Shown: positions 1 through 8,182 of the stretch, piece by piece
Numbering within the stretch: the first letter of the stretch is position 1
Layout: each line of letters starts with the position of its first letter
Assembly (NCBI GenBank): GCA_021163425.1
Contig: JAGGWS010000057.1
Coordinates: 1-54,763 of the forward strand
Direction of reading: 5' to 3'
Source of the DNA: Candidatus Omnitrophota bacterium
GTDB lineage: Bacteria > Omnitrophota > Gorgyraeia > Duberdicusellales > Duberdicusellaceae
DNA length: 54,763 nt
Notes under the pieces: generated by a model
Database searches by the model: none
Seen by the model: the letters and a program-made list of their open reading frames with translations, nothing else
Told to the model about the DNA's origin: nothing
Translations under genes and position numbers: made by a program

Positions 1-147
1 AATTTTGAAGTTATCCCCAATATATTAGAAGCCTCTTTTTCTACTGATATGGGATGGGCTATCGTCAAATTTGAAGGAGAAGAAACTGAGCTTTCTCGCC
101 TTTTTACATACCTCCGTTCTCAAGGCGTAGAAATAAGTAATAGATAG
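1..147 (+). CDS. NIL-domain protein, 5'-truncated by the window edge
   Basis: Manual frame-1 translation NFEVIPNILEASFSTDMGWAIVKFEGEETELSRLFTYLRSQGVEISNR* has the NIL motif and the GW..GV pattern of NIL/ACT-like domains. Confidence 0.7.
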   Translation, partial: NFEVIPNILEASFSTDMGWAIVKFEGEETELSRLFTYLRSQGVEISNR

Positions 148-175
148 CTTTCTTTATGAATTTTCTTGAGAATAG

Positions 176-640
176 ATGAAATTTTGTCTTATTTGTAAAA
201 GGTTAATTCCTGAGGGTCAAGATTTTTGTCCTTTTTGTAGAGGAGATATAAGTTCTCAGAAAGATAAGAGGAGGGGGTTTGTTCGAATCCCTCTAAAGGA
301 AATAATAAGATTTCAGAGTTTCTCTTTAGACCCTCAAGGAGAAAACCTTTCCCTTAAAGGCGTTTCTCAGGACATAAGCCTTTCGGGAATTTACTTTGAA
401 ATAGCTTCCAGTTCAATTAGGAGCTTGCCTTACTTAAAAGTTAGTAATATAATCTGGATAGAATTTACTCTTCCCGGGTGTAAAAAATCCCTGAAGCTTC
501 AAGGAGAAATAAGAAGGGTTCACAGAAAAGGTTTAAAAAAAGTGGGTTTAGGGGTTATGTTTATAAATTTAGATAAAAAAAGTTATAAGATTTTAGATAG
601 TTTTATCTTAACTTATCTCAGAGATAAGGAAGAAATTTGA
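176..640 (+). CDS. PilZ-domain c-di-GMP-binding protein with N-terminal zinc ribbon
   Basis: CxxC-x10-CxxC at the N-terminus; RxxxR (RGFVR) and DxSxxG (DISLSG) PilZ motifs; C-terminal GVMF strand. Confidence 0.85.
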   Translation: MKFCLICKRLIPEGQDFCPFCRGDISSQKDKRRGFVRIPLKEIIRFQSFSLDPQGENLSLKGVSQDISLSGIYFEIASSSIRSLPYLKVSNIIWIEFTLPGCKKSLKLQGEIRRVHRKGLKKVGLGVMFINLDKKSYKILDSFILTYLRDKEEI

Positions 641-646
641 TTCTTT

Positions 647-1009
647 ATGAGCGAGGAGATTATCCTGGTAGGAGATAAGGTTTTAATTGAGCCTGATTCT
701 GAAGAGGCCCAAACTGAAGCAGGATTATATCTTCCCCAGGGGCTTAAAGAAAAAGAGAAAGTCTGGTCAGGTAAAGTGGTTGAAGTAGGTCCGGGTTATC
801 CGGTTTTTGACCCTTCTTGTTTAGAAGAGGAAGCCTGGCTTAACCAGAAAGAGAAACCTAAGTATTTCCCCCTTCAGGCAAAACCTGAGGATAGGTGTAT
901 TTTTTTGAAAGAACAGGCTGTAGAGGTTAAAATTAAGAAGAAAAAATATTTGATAGTACCCCATTCAGCAATCCTTCTCCTGATAAGAGAGAGTTCCTTA
1001 GGGTTCTAA
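647..1009 (+). CDS. GroES/Cpn10-family protein, atypical, no adjacent groEL
   Basis: GDKVLIEP, TEAGLYLP mobile loop, GKVVEVGPG and KYLIVPHSAILL; extra ~20-aa insert. Confidence 0.8.
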   Translation: MSEEIILVGDKVLIEPDSEEAQTEAGLYLPQGLKEKEKVWSGKVVEVGPGYPVFDPSCLEEEAWLNQKEKPKYFPLQAKPEDRCIFLKEQAVEVKIKKKKYLIVPHSAILLLIRESSLGF

Positions 1010-1010
1010 G

Positions 1011-2222
1011 ATGATAGACTCCTTAATATTTCTTTTTCTTATCGCTCTTTCCTTCTTCTTCTCTGGCTCAGAGACAGCTTTCTTCTCTTTAAATAAAGTA
1101 AAGTTAGAAAAATTCAAGAAGAGGAATAGGAAAGCTCTAAGAATAGAGAGTTTAAAGTCTGAGCCTGATTTTCTTTTGTCTACAATCCTAATGGGGAATA
1201 TGATAGTGAATATTGCCTTATCTTCTTTAATTGCTAAATTCTTCATAAAAATATCTCCTTCTTGGGGTGGAGTAATCTCTGTATTTTCTGCAGCAGTTGT
1301 TATTCTTATACTGGGAGAGATTCTTCCTAAGGGGATAGCTATTAATACCCCTGAGAAATTTTCTTTGACTGCCCTTTTCCCTTTGAAAATTTTCTATATT
1401 CTTTTTTGGCCATTTTGCTGGATTTTTATTTCTTTTTCTAAATTTTTCTTAAAGTGGATCCCTCAAGAAATAGAAAAAGCTCAGCTTTTAGATGAAGAAG
1501 AACTTAAAACTGCTTTAGAATTGGGTAGATTAGCCGGAATAATAGCTAAAGAAGAAAAAGATATGATTCATTTAGTATTAGAATTTGCTGAGAAGGAAGC
1601 CGGCCAAATTCTGACTCCTCGCCCAGAAGTTAAAGCTTTAGATATAGATACACCTCCAGAGAAGGTAAAGGATTTTCTTAAAGAAGTTAAACATTCTTAT
1701 CTGCCAGTTTATAAAGGAAGCATTGATAATATTGTGGGGGTATTGAGAACTAAAGATTATTTCTTGGAAAAAGGAAAGAATATCCATTCTTTGACGAGGG
1801 AGGCTTTCTTCGTTCCTGAGTCTAAAAAAATAGATGACCTCTTGAGAGAACTTATTAAACGGGAAGAAAAAATAGCTTTAGTGATTGATGAATACGGAGG
1901 GTTTTCGGGAATAGTTACTTTAGAAGATATTCAGGAGGAAATCTTTGGAGAAATTTACGATGAGTACGAAGTTCCTGAAAATAAGGTAGAGAAAATTAAA
2001 GATAAAGAATTTTTAGTCTCTCCCGACGTTTCTATAAGAGAACTCAATTATCAGTTAGGGTTAGATTTGCCAGAAGAAGAAGTAAATTTAGGCAGGTTTA
2101 TCTTAAGTTTGATTGAAAGGTTTCCTCAGGAAAAGGAGAAGATATTTTACAAGGATTTAGAGTTTATAGTAGAAAAAGCTACTAAAAAGAGGCTTATTGC
2201 CTTAAGAGTTATTAAAAAATGA
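1011..2222 (+). CDS. CNNM(DUF21)-CBS-CorC hemolysin-family Mg/Co transport protein
   Basis: FFSGSETAFFSL, GEILPK, CBS pair (VPESKKIDDLL, IDEYGGFSGIVTLEDI), C-terminal CorC_HlyC domain. Confidence 0.9.
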   Translation: MIDSLIFLFLIALSFFFSGSETAFFSLNKVKLEKFKKRNRKALRIESLKSEPDFLLSTILMGNMIVNIALSSLIAKFFIKISPSWGGVISVFSAAVVILILGEILPKGIAINTPEKFSLTALFPLKIFYILFWPFCWIFISFSKFFLKWIPQEIEKAQLLDEEELKTALELGRLAGIIAKEEKDMIHLVLEFAEKEAGQILTPRPEVKALDIDTPPEKVKDFLKEVKHSYLPVYKGSIDNIVGVLRTKDYFLEKGKNIHSLTREAFFVPESKKIDDLLRELIKREEKIALVIDEYGGFSGIVTLEDIQEEIFGEIYDEYEVPENKVEKIKDKEFLVSPDVSIRELNYQLGLDLPEEEVNLGRFILSLIERFPQEKEKIFYKDLEFIVEKATKKRLIALRVIKK

Positions 2223-3223
2223 ACCAGTTGTTTCTGTCATTAATTTATTTAGGAGGTGTCTTTCTCTTTATAGTTTTAGCTGGTTTATTTTCAGGGTTGG
2301 AGACTGCCTTTGTTTGCACAGATTATCTTAAGATAAAATCTCTTAAAAAAGGAAGATTAAAGTCTTATTCTAATTTGGAAAAATTTTATTTAAATCCTGA
2401 GTCTTTTTTATCTCTAACTCTTATCGGGACTAATTTTTGTATAGTGGTAATCTCTATCCTTTTTACTCTTATTCTGATAAGAGTAAAAGTAAATAATCCT
2501 TCTTTCTGGGCTACCTTAATTCTTAGCCCGGTCTTATTTTTATTTGGGGAATTAATTCCTAAGAGTATAGGAAGAATCTTTAAGGAAAGATTTTTACTTC
2601 ATTTTCTTAACCTTTTAGGATTTCTGGAAAGTATTTTTAGACCCTTTATAAAAGCAATAGAGTTTTTACCCCTGTTGGTTGTTAAACTTTTGTTTAAAAA
2701 AGGAAGAATTCCCCAGCCTTTAGAATCATTTTCTCCATCAAGGAGAGAAGTCTTAAGTAGAGATGATTTTAAGATAATGACCGAAACTTTACACAGTGAG
2801 GGAGAAATTGACCGGGTAGAGAAGGAGGCTATCGTAGATATTTTAGGTTTTTACCAGTCTAAAGTAAAAGACGTTTATATTGATTTAGATAAAGTAGTTT
2901 TTCTTAAAGAAAGAGATTCTCAGGAAGAAATTTTAAATACTGCTAAGAAATTTGGTTTTACCCGGTATCCGGTGTTCAAGGAGGGGAAAGTCTTGGGCTA
3001 TATCAACATCTTTGACTTATTTTATAAGTCTTACAAGGATTGGAGAGAATTGATTAGACCTATTCTTAAAGTAGGGATTAACCAGGATTTAAGTTATGTT
3101 TTTAAAATTCTCCGTTCGAAGAAAGAAAATATTGCTTTGGTATTTAAAGGAAGAAGACCTTATGGAATAATTACTCTTCAGGATATAATGAGAGAGATAA
3201 TTTTTTCTTTGACTCATTTCTAA
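2219..3223 (+). CDS. Second CNNM(DUF21)-CBS protein lacking the CorC domain
   Basis: FSGLETAF, LIGTN, FGELIPKS, FTRYPV, GIITLQDI; ATGA overlap with the previous gene. Confidence 0.85.
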   Translation: MNQLFLSLIYLGGVFLFIVLAGLFSGLETAFVCTDYLKIKSLKKGRLKSYSNLEKFYLNPESFLSLTLIGTNFCIVVISILFTLILIRVKVNNPSFWATLILSPVLFLFGELIPKSIGRIFKERFLLHFLNLLGFLESIFRPFIKAIEFLPLLVVKLLFKKGRIPQPLESFSPSRREVLSRDDFKIMTETLHSEGEIDRVEKEAIVDILGFYQSKVKDVYIDLDKVVFLKERDSQEEILNTAKKFGFTRYPVFKEGKVLGYINIFDLFYKSYKDWRELIRPILKVGINQDLSYVFKILRSKKENIALVFKGRRPYGIITLQDIMREIIFSLTHF

Positions 3224-3236
3224 GAAAGGTTTGCTC

Positions 3237-3809
3237 CTAACTGAATAAAAAGCTTCTTATTTCTTTTAAGTTTAGAGTTTCAATCCCCAATTTCTGGGCC
3301 CAGGTTATAAGTCCCTGGTCAGAAGAAAGGAGTGGAGACTTTAATTCTTTGGCTAAGATTAATAAGTCCACGTCTTGAACGCTGTCAATTATTCCTTCTC
3401 TTAAGGCTATTCGGAATTCTTCCCTTAAGGCTTTTATTAATTCTTGTTCTCCTTTCTTTTTAGATAGGCCATAACGAGTATATTTCTCAGTTATCCTTAA
3501 TCCTTTATTTATTCTTTTTCTCATTTCTTCCACCAGTTCATAGAGGAATAGAGAGGGTATAAATATTTCGTATTTTTTAGGAGGTTTTTTCCTTATATAG
3601 GAAAGAACCTTAGAAATTGCAGGAGTTTCTTTTAAGAATTTTGTTAATTCTTCAAAAGTAGAAGGGGGCATATACAGGAGAACTTTTTTGTTTTTTGCTT
3701 TTTCTATAAAGTTTTCCAACGCCTGTTCAGGCGCAGAGCCAAAAAATATTAAAGATTGAGGGTTTATAAAAATACTAGTATCTATTATGATCTTTTCAGG
3801 ATAATCCAT
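3237..3809 (-). CDS. Protein-only RNase P, HARP / Aq_880 family (PIN_5)
   Basis: IDTSIFINP, YMPPS, RINKGLR, LREEFRIALREGIIDSVQDVDLLILAKEL and SDQGLITWAQKLGI match the Aq_880 signature; acidic residues D10, D142, D146, D148, D164 are present. Confidence 0.9.
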   Translation of the reverse strand: MDYPEKIIIDTSIFINPQSLIFFGSAPEQALENFIEKAKNKKVLLYMPPSTFEELTKFLKETPAISKVLSYIRKKPPKKYEIFIPSLFLYELVEEMRKRINKGLRITEKYTRYGLSKKKGEQELIKALREEFRIALREGIIDSVQDVDLLILAKELKSPLLSSDQGLITWAQKLGIETLNLKEIRSFLFS

Positions 3810-3914
3810 AGAGAAATTCTATTACATTTTTTTTCTTTTTACAAGGATTGTTTTGGAATTTCTTTCTAAGTTTAAGAACCTTAGATTCAATATATAAAAA
3901 ATATAGAAAAAATA

Positions 3915-3943
3915 TTGACTTTTTTCTGAAAATATGCTAAAAA
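3915..3943 (+). promoter_or_regulatory. Putative sigma70 promoter for rplM-rpsI
   Basis: TTGACT-17bp-TAAAAA with extended -10 TG; ATG follows at 3952. Confidence 0.5.
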
Positions 3944-3951
3944 ACCTGCCT

Positions 3952-4389
3952 ATGGATAAAAGAAAAACTTTAGTTCCTAAGAAGGGCCAGATTAAGAGGG
4001 AATGGCTCTTAATAGATGCTAAGGAGAAAACCTTGGGAAGATTGGCTTCTCAGATTGCTAAGATTCTTCAGGGTAAACACAAACCTTATTATACTCCTTT
4101 TCTCTTAACCGGAGATTATGTAGTGGTGATAAATGCTAAGTATGTAAAGCTTACTGGCAAAAAGATGTTAGAAAAAGTTTATGATAAGTATTCAGGTTAT
4201 CCTGGAGGGAGGAAGGAGATTAGTTTGAGTGAACTTCTGAAAAAGAATCCTTCTAGGGTTTTATATTTGGCAGTAAAAGGTATGCTTCCCAAAAATAGAT
4301 TAGCAAAAAGGATGTTAGATTCTTTAAAGATATACCCTGAGGATAAATATCCTCATCAGGCTCAATCGCCTAAACTAGTAGAAGTATGA
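3952..4389 (+). CDS. rplM: 50S ribosomal protein L13
   Basis: WLLIDA..LGRLAS, GKHKPYYTP, GDYVVVINA, VKGMLPKN; ATG 3952 preferred over 3934, which overlaps the promoter. Confidence 0.97.
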   Translation: MDKRKTLVPKKGQIKREWLLIDAKEKTLGRLASQIAKILQGKHKPYYTPFLLTGDYVVVINAKYVKLTGKKMLEKVYDKYSGYPGGRKEISLSELLKKNPSRVLYLAVKGMLPKNRLAKRMLDSLKIYPEDKYPHQAQSPKLVEV

Positions 4390-4832
4390 AAGAAGAAAAT
4401 ACCAATCAAAATAGCAATCAGAAGAAAGAAGAGACCTTAAGCCCAGTTAAGATTTTGGCTTCAGGAAGGAGAAAGGAAGCAGTTGCTCGAGTTCAGTTAA
4501 TAGCTCCTGGTAAAGGAAAATTCCTGATTAATGGGAAGAAATGGGATGAGTATTTTACTACTCCTTTGCACAGACTTTTAGTTAAAGAGCCTCTAAATAA
4601 AGCTAATCTATCAATTTCCGTAGATGTTAAGGCTAAAACCGAAGGAGGAGGTATTACTGGACAGGCAGGAGCTATAAGATTAGGTTTGGCTAAAGCCTTA
4701 GTAGAATACAATCCTCAACTTAAGTCTCCCTTTAAAAAAGAAAAACTTCTTACTCGTGACCCCCGGGCTAAAGAGAGAAAGAAATACGGCCGGAGAGGAG
4801 CTCGCCGAAGATTTCAGTGGACTAAGCGTTAG
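4386..4832 (+). CDS. rpsI: 30S ribosomal protein S9
   Basis: GRRKEAVARV, GGGITGQAGAIRLG, LTRDPRAKERKKYG, QWTKR. Confidence 0.98.
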   Translation: MKEENTNQNSNQKKEETLSPVKILASGRRKEAVARVQLIAPGKGKFLINGKKWDEYFTTPLHRLLVKEPLNKANLSISVDVKAKTEGGGITGQAGAIRLGLAKALVEYNPQLKSPFKKEKLLTRDPRAKERKKYGRRGARRRFQWTKR

Positions 4833-4906
4833 CTTCCTGTATTAATTTCTAATTTTTCAAGACTTAATTTTACCAAGTTCACATATGTAAAATAACCAAT
4901 AACCAG

Positions 4907-4936
4907 AATACTTCTGCAACATTTTTGTTTGAAACT
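4907..4936. repeat. Left half of dispersed palindrome B
   Basis: AATACTTCTGCAACATTTTTGTTTGAAACT is 29/30 identical to 51271-51300. Confidence 0.9.
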
Positions 4937-5016
4937 ACGTGAAAACGTGAAAACGTAGAAACGTGTGAACGTATAAACGTGTGAACGTGTGAACGTGGGA
5001 ACGTATAAACGTGTGA
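4937..5016. repeat. Tandem array of 10 x 8-bp units, consensus ACGTRNRA
   Basis: ACGTGAAA, ACGTGAAA, ACGTAGAA, ACGTGTGA, ACGTATAA, ACGTGTGA, ACGTGTGA, ACGTGGGA, ACGTATAA, ACGTGTGA in exact 8-bp phase. Confidence 0.95.
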
Positions 5017-5052
5017 ACTTGACAAAATACTTTGAAAGTAAAATGTCAAGTT
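5016..5052. repeat. Dispersed imperfect palindrome A (REP-like)
   Basis: AACTTGACA-AAA-TACTTT-G-AAAGTA-AAA-TGTCAAGTT; related copies at 44791-44824 and 51432-51456. Confidence 0.9.
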
Positions 5053-5061
5053 AGGCTTTAA

Positions 5062-5100
5062 GCTGGTTTTGTTACGAAGCCGACAGACGATAAAACCAGC
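5062..5100 (+). terminator. Stem-loop, possible terminator downstream of rpsI
   Basis: GCTGGTTTTGTT...GATAAAACCAGC 12-bp stem with 2 G-U pairs, followed by CCATTTTT. Confidence 0.45.
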
Positions 5101-5111
5101 CCATTTTTAAG

Positions 5112-5140
5112 TTGACGCTTATTTATTTTTGATTTAAGAT
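5112..5140 (+). promoter_or_regulatory. Putative sigma70 promoter for argCJB
   Basis: TTGACG-17bp-TAAGAT; AAGGAG SD before the argC ATG. Confidence 0.6.
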
Positions 5141-5203
5141 AATTTTGCTGTTTTTGATTGGCTTAAATTTTAAAAAAGTTAATCAGGAAAAAGGAGTTTT
5201 AAA

Positions 5204-6211
5204 ATGGTTAAAGTAGGAGTAATCGGAGCTACTGGTTTTACTGGAGAAGAATTAGTGAGATTATTAATTGCTCATCCCGGGGTGAAAATAACCTATCTTT
5301 CTGCCAAGCTGGATAAGGGATTACCGTTTTCAGAAATTTTCCCTAAATTTAAAGGTAAGTTAGAGCTAATCTGTGAAAGCTTGGATGTTAATTCTGCTCT
5401 TAATTCAGGAGATTTATTCTTTTTGGCTTTACCCCATAGAGTTTCTTTTCAGATAGCTCCTTTCTTTTTAGAGAAGAAAAAGCTGGTTATTGACTTATCC
5501 GCAGATTACCGGTTTAAAGATCCTATAGTTTATAAGAAGTTTTATAAAATAGCTCACCAGGATAAAAAGAATTTAAAGAAAGCTGTATATGGGTTGCCGG
5601 AGTTTTATAGAGAAAAAATAAAGAGGGCAAGATTAATAGCTAATCCTGGTTGTTATCCTACAGTCTCTATTTTGAGTATTGCTCCTCTTTTAAGAGAAGG
5701 GGTTTTAAAGAATATAGTTATAGATGCAAAATCAGGGGTTTCGGGAGCAGGAAGAAGAGCTTATTTGGATTTTCATTATGTTCATTTAAGCCAAAACCTG
5801 ACCTGCTATAAACCTTTTGGCCATCAACATCTTCCCGAGATATTAGAGGTTCTTTCAGCTATAACCGGAAAGAAATTTAATTTAAGATTTACCCCTCATC
5901 TTTTGCCTTTAGAAAGAGGGATTTTTATAACTGTTTATGCTCAGTTAGCTAAGAAACTAAGGAGAGTTCAAATTTATAAGATTTATAAGAGCTATTATGA
6001 GGAAGAGCCTTTTGTAAGGGTTTTTAAAGAAGGATTGCCTCAGTTAAAAGAGGTGATAGGAACTAATTTTTGTGATCTGGGATTTGAAGTTTCGGGAGAT
6101 AATATTTTAATAGTAGGGGTAATTGATAATTTAATAAAGGGAGCTTCGGGCCAGGCTATTCAGAATATGAATATACTTTTAGGTTTTAAAGAATCCGAAG
6201 GTTTAGAATGA
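5204..6211 (+). CDS. argC: N-acetyl-gamma-glutamyl-phosphate reductase
   Basis: GATGFTG, IDLSADYR, YGLPE, IANPGCYPT, SGVSGAGR, DNLIKGASGQAIQNMN. Confidence 0.97.
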   Translation: MVKVGVIGATGFTGEELVRLLIAHPGVKITYLSAKLDKGLPFSEIFPKFKGKLELICESLDVNSALNSGDLFFLALPHRVSFQIAPFFLEKKKLVIDLSADYRFKDPIVYKKFYKIAHQDKKNLKKAVYGLPEFYREKIKRARLIANPGCYPTVSILSIAPLLREGVLKNIVIDAKSGVSGAGRRAYLDFHYVHLSQNLTCYKPFGHQHLPEILEVLSAITGKKFNLRFTPHLLPLERGIFITVYAQLAKKLRRVQIYKIYKSYYEEEPFVRVFKEGLPQLKEVIGTNFCDLGFEVSGDNILIVGVIDNLIKGASGQAIQNMNILLGFKESEGLE

Positions 6212-7329
6212 AAGCTCCTAAAGGATTTACTTTTTCCGGAATACATTCGGGGATAAAAAGAAAGAAATTGGATTTAGGCTTAGTAGTGAGTGAGGATTTT
6301 TCAGATTGCGTCTGTTTTTTTACTAACAATAAAGTAAAGGCTAGCCCAATAATCCTCAATCTTAATAATTTGAAGATTAGTAATTCTCAGGTAAAAGCAA
6401 TAATAGTAAATAGTGGGAATGCCAATTCTTTTACTGGGAAGCAGGGATTAAAAGATGCTCAGCTAATAAATAAAGAACTTTCTAAACTTCTTAATATTAG
6501 ACCTGAGTTTATTCTTTCTGCTTCTACTGGAATAATTGGAAAGAGGCTCCCTGTAGGCAAAATATTGAAAAATTTAAATAGGTTGGTAGCTGAATTGAGC
6601 CCAGATAATTTTGAAAAATTTTCTCAAGCTATCCTTACCACTGATACCCAGAGAAAACTTTTTTTTAAGGAGGCAAAAGTTTCTGGAGAGAAAGTAAGAA
6701 TTTTAGGAATAGCTAAAGGGGCGGGCATGATTTATCCTCAGCTTAATAAGGCTACAATGTTAGGATTTATCTTTACTGATGTGAATATTAAGAGAAGCCT
6801 TCTTATTCAGGCTTGTAAGGAAGGTGTAGATTTATCTTTTAATTCTATAAGTGTAGATGGGTGTAGAAGCACTAATGATTCAGTATTTGTGCTAACTTCT
6901 AAAAAGTCTTATTCTTATATAGAAAGAAAAGACAAGAATTTTAGGGAATTTTCTCTTCAGTTAAAAGAAGTTATGCTCAGTTTAGCTAAAAGTATTGTTA
7001 AAGATGCTGAAGGTGCTACTAAGTTTATAGAGATAGAAATAAATTCTGCAAGAACTAAAGAGGAGGCAAGAAGAGCAGGGTTAGCTATTACTAATTCTAA
7101 TCTTTTTAAGACTGCTATTTATGGAGAGAATCCTAATTGGGGGAGAATTATTTCAGCTCTGGGCCAAGCACAAATTCCTCTCAAAGATAATATCTCTATA
7201 AAATACACTTCTTTAAAAGCAAAAGAGATAAGGTTAAAAATTGACCTTAAGAGAGGAAAATATTCCTGGAGGGTTTATACTTCAGATTTAACCCCTGATT
7301 ATATTAAGATAAACTCTAGTTATAGTTAA
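6208..7329 (+). CDS. argJ: Ornithine acetyltransferase / N-acetylglutamate synthase
   Basis: NSGNAN, STGIIG, ILTTDT, KGAGMI..ATML, STNDS, DAEGATK, NPNWGRI. Confidence 0.96.
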   Translation: MKAPKGFTFSGIHSGIKRKKLDLGLVVSEDFSDCVCFFTNNKVKASPIILNLNNLKISNSQVKAIIVNSGNANSFTGKQGLKDAQLINKELSKLLNIRPEFILSASTGIIGKRLPVGKILKNLNRLVAELSPDNFEKFSQAILTTDTQRKLFFKEAKVSGEKVRILGIAKGAGMIYPQLNKATMLGFIFTDVNIKRSLLIQACKEGVDLSFNSISVDGCRSTNDSVFVLTSKKSYSYIERKDKNFREFSLQLKEVMLSLAKSIVKDAEGATKFIEIEINSARTKEEARRAGLAITNSNLFKTAIYGENPNWGRIISALGQAQIPLKDNISIKYTSLKAKEIRLKIDLKRGKYSWRVYTSDLTPDYIKINSSYS

Positions 7330-7330
7330 T

Positions 7331-8182
7331 ATGGAAGAAGCAATCAGAAAGGCAGATGTTTTAATTGAAGCTCTGTCTTACATAAGGAAGTTTAGGGGGA
7401 AAACTTTTGTTATTAAATATGGAGGTTCTATTCTTCTTGAAAAAAGCGTGAGGGAGAAGGTAATTCAGGATTTGGTTTTTTTATATTTTATGGGGATAAA
7501 TGTGATATTAGTTCATGGAGGTGGTCCCAATATTACTGAGGCTCTAAAAAAAATGAATTTGAAATCAGAGTTTTATAAAGGCATAAGAATTACTGATCCA
7601 GATACTTTTTTAGTAGTAGAATCAGAACTTATGGAATTAAACGCTCTTTTAGTTAAAGAATTAAAAGGATTGGGAGCAAAAGTAGGAGGAGTTAGTGGTA
7701 AGGAGGATTTAATCTTTGTAAGGAAGAAGGAAGAGGACATAGATTTAGGTTTAGTGGGAGAGGCTACGGATATTAATCTGCCTAAATTTAAAGAGTTATT
7801 AGATAAGGATCACCTGGTGGTTTTAGCTCCCTTAGGAAAAGATTCTCAGGGAAAAGTCTATAATATAAATGCTGATGAGGTAGCTTCTTTTCTTTCTTAT
7901 AAGATTTCTGCTGAGAAGTTGGTTTTTCTTACTAATGTTAAAGGCATATTGCGAGATTCTGCTGACGAAGATTCTTTTATTTCCAGTATTAAGGAAGAAG
8001 AGGCAGGAAAACTTATTGAAAAAAAAGTTATATCTGAAGGGATGATTCCTAAAGTAACTGCTGGCCTTTTTGCAGTAGATAGAGGCGTAAAAAAAGTCCA
8101 TATAATAGATGCTAAAATTCCCCATGCTCTACTTTTAGAAATTTTTACTGATAAAGGAATTGGCACAGAGATTACCAGATAA
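7331..8182 (+). CDS. argB: Acetylglutamate kinase
   Basis: VIKYGGS, VHGGGP, YNINAD, GMIPKV, LLLEIFTDKGIGT. Confidence 0.97.
   Translation: MEEAIRKADVLIEALSYIRKFRGKTFVIKYGGSILLEKSVREKVIQDLVFLYFMGINVILVHGGGPNITEALKKMNLKSEFYKGIRITDPDTFLVVESELMELNALLVKELKGLGAKVGGVSGKEDLIFVRKKEEDIDLGLVGEATDINLPKFKELLDKDHLVVLAPLGKDSQGKVYNINADEVASFLSYKISAEKLVFLTNVKGILRDSADEDSFISSIKEEEAGKLIEKKVISEGMIPKVTAGLFAVDRGVKKVHIIDAKIPHALLLEIFTDKGIGTEITR

Noticed and set aside
3237-3809. VapC toxin of a toxin-antitoxin pair
   Set aside because: It is too long, has no antitoxin partner, and carries HARP-specific motifs
4937-5016. CRISPR array
   Set aside because: Units are 8 bp with no unique 25-45-bp spacers, and no cas genes are present
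5019-5044. Sigma70 promoter TTGACA...TAAAAT inside palindrome A
   Set aside because: The spacer is only 14 bp; a better promoter lies at 5112-5140
5010-5056. Integron attC site (palindrome ending in GTTAGGC)
   Set aside because: The left end is not RYYYAAC, the other copies lack GTTRRRY, and there is no integrase or cassette ORF
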